Shown here in pieces: positions 54,101 through 54,385 of a stretch of DNA of 54,385 nucleotides. This stretch comes from Convolutriloba macropyga (taxonomy: Eukaryota). The translations under genes and the position numbers were made by a program. How positions within the stretch are numbered: the first letter of the stretch is position 1; every line of letters begins with the position of its first letter. The stretch spans positions 1-54,385 of the forward strand of contig NW_027449238.1 of the NCBI RefSeq assembly GCF_964194025.1. The letters run 5' to 3'. The notes beneath the pieces are model-generated. The model was given only the letters and a program-made list of their open reading frames with translations. It searched no databases and was not told where the DNA came from.

Positions 54101-54385
54101 CGGTTTTTGCGTCGAAGTATCCTCTGCCTGGCGTCCGAACAGCTGGCTCGTCTTCGCTCCTTGTCATCGCCGCGAGCTGTTGAGGCGCAGAAAGGCACAG
54201 AGCAAATGTGCTTTCGCTGGGTTGCAGTGTGTAACAGTATTCGCTGATGAAAGGATATGGGGCTGGGGCTAGAACCAACTATGTTCTGGCAATTCTGGGT
54301 TGCAGCTGTCCTCTCCTAGGAGCACCCGACCTTTAGGGGGAGAAAACTGAAGAAACCCAGAGCAACCCTTGCAGAAGGCACGCTG

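Overview
Eukaryotic, GC-rich, intron-rich DNA. A green plant lineage such as a streptophyte alga is likely (inference from an ankyrin-bearing plant Shaker channel and the algal-type TE set). Positions 1-40,350 are a nested TE cluster and 40,400-54,385 is genic. The cluster holds one Ty1/copia family with 434-bp LTRs and a half-tRNAiMet PBS: three near-identical intact 5,462-bp copies, one older interrupted copy and two fragments. Removing the copia copies exposes four other elements. (1) A 5'-truncated, degenerate RLE-type non-LTR retrotransposon with the order RT - chromo-like/PHD - PCIF1/CAPAM-like N6-adenine methyltransferase - C5-cytosine methyltransferase - RNase H - zinc knuckle - PD-(D/E)xK nuclease. 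It is flanked by a ~420-bp direct duplication. (2) A 4.3-kb DNA transposon with 13-bp CAC-starting TIRs, a 2-bp TSD, a reconstructable ~917-aa RAG1/Transib/Chapaev-type transposase and a convergent second gene. (3) A degenerate DIRS/PAT-like tyrosine-recombinase retroelement with a Dam-like MTase and split direct repeats. (4) A CRE-like RT relic. Host genes are a Shaker-type K+ channel (minus strand) and a CPBP/Abi (CAAX) protease (plus strand). They share a divergent intergenic region whose GTAC density resembles the copia LTR. All domain calls are by eye from motifs; no searches were run.
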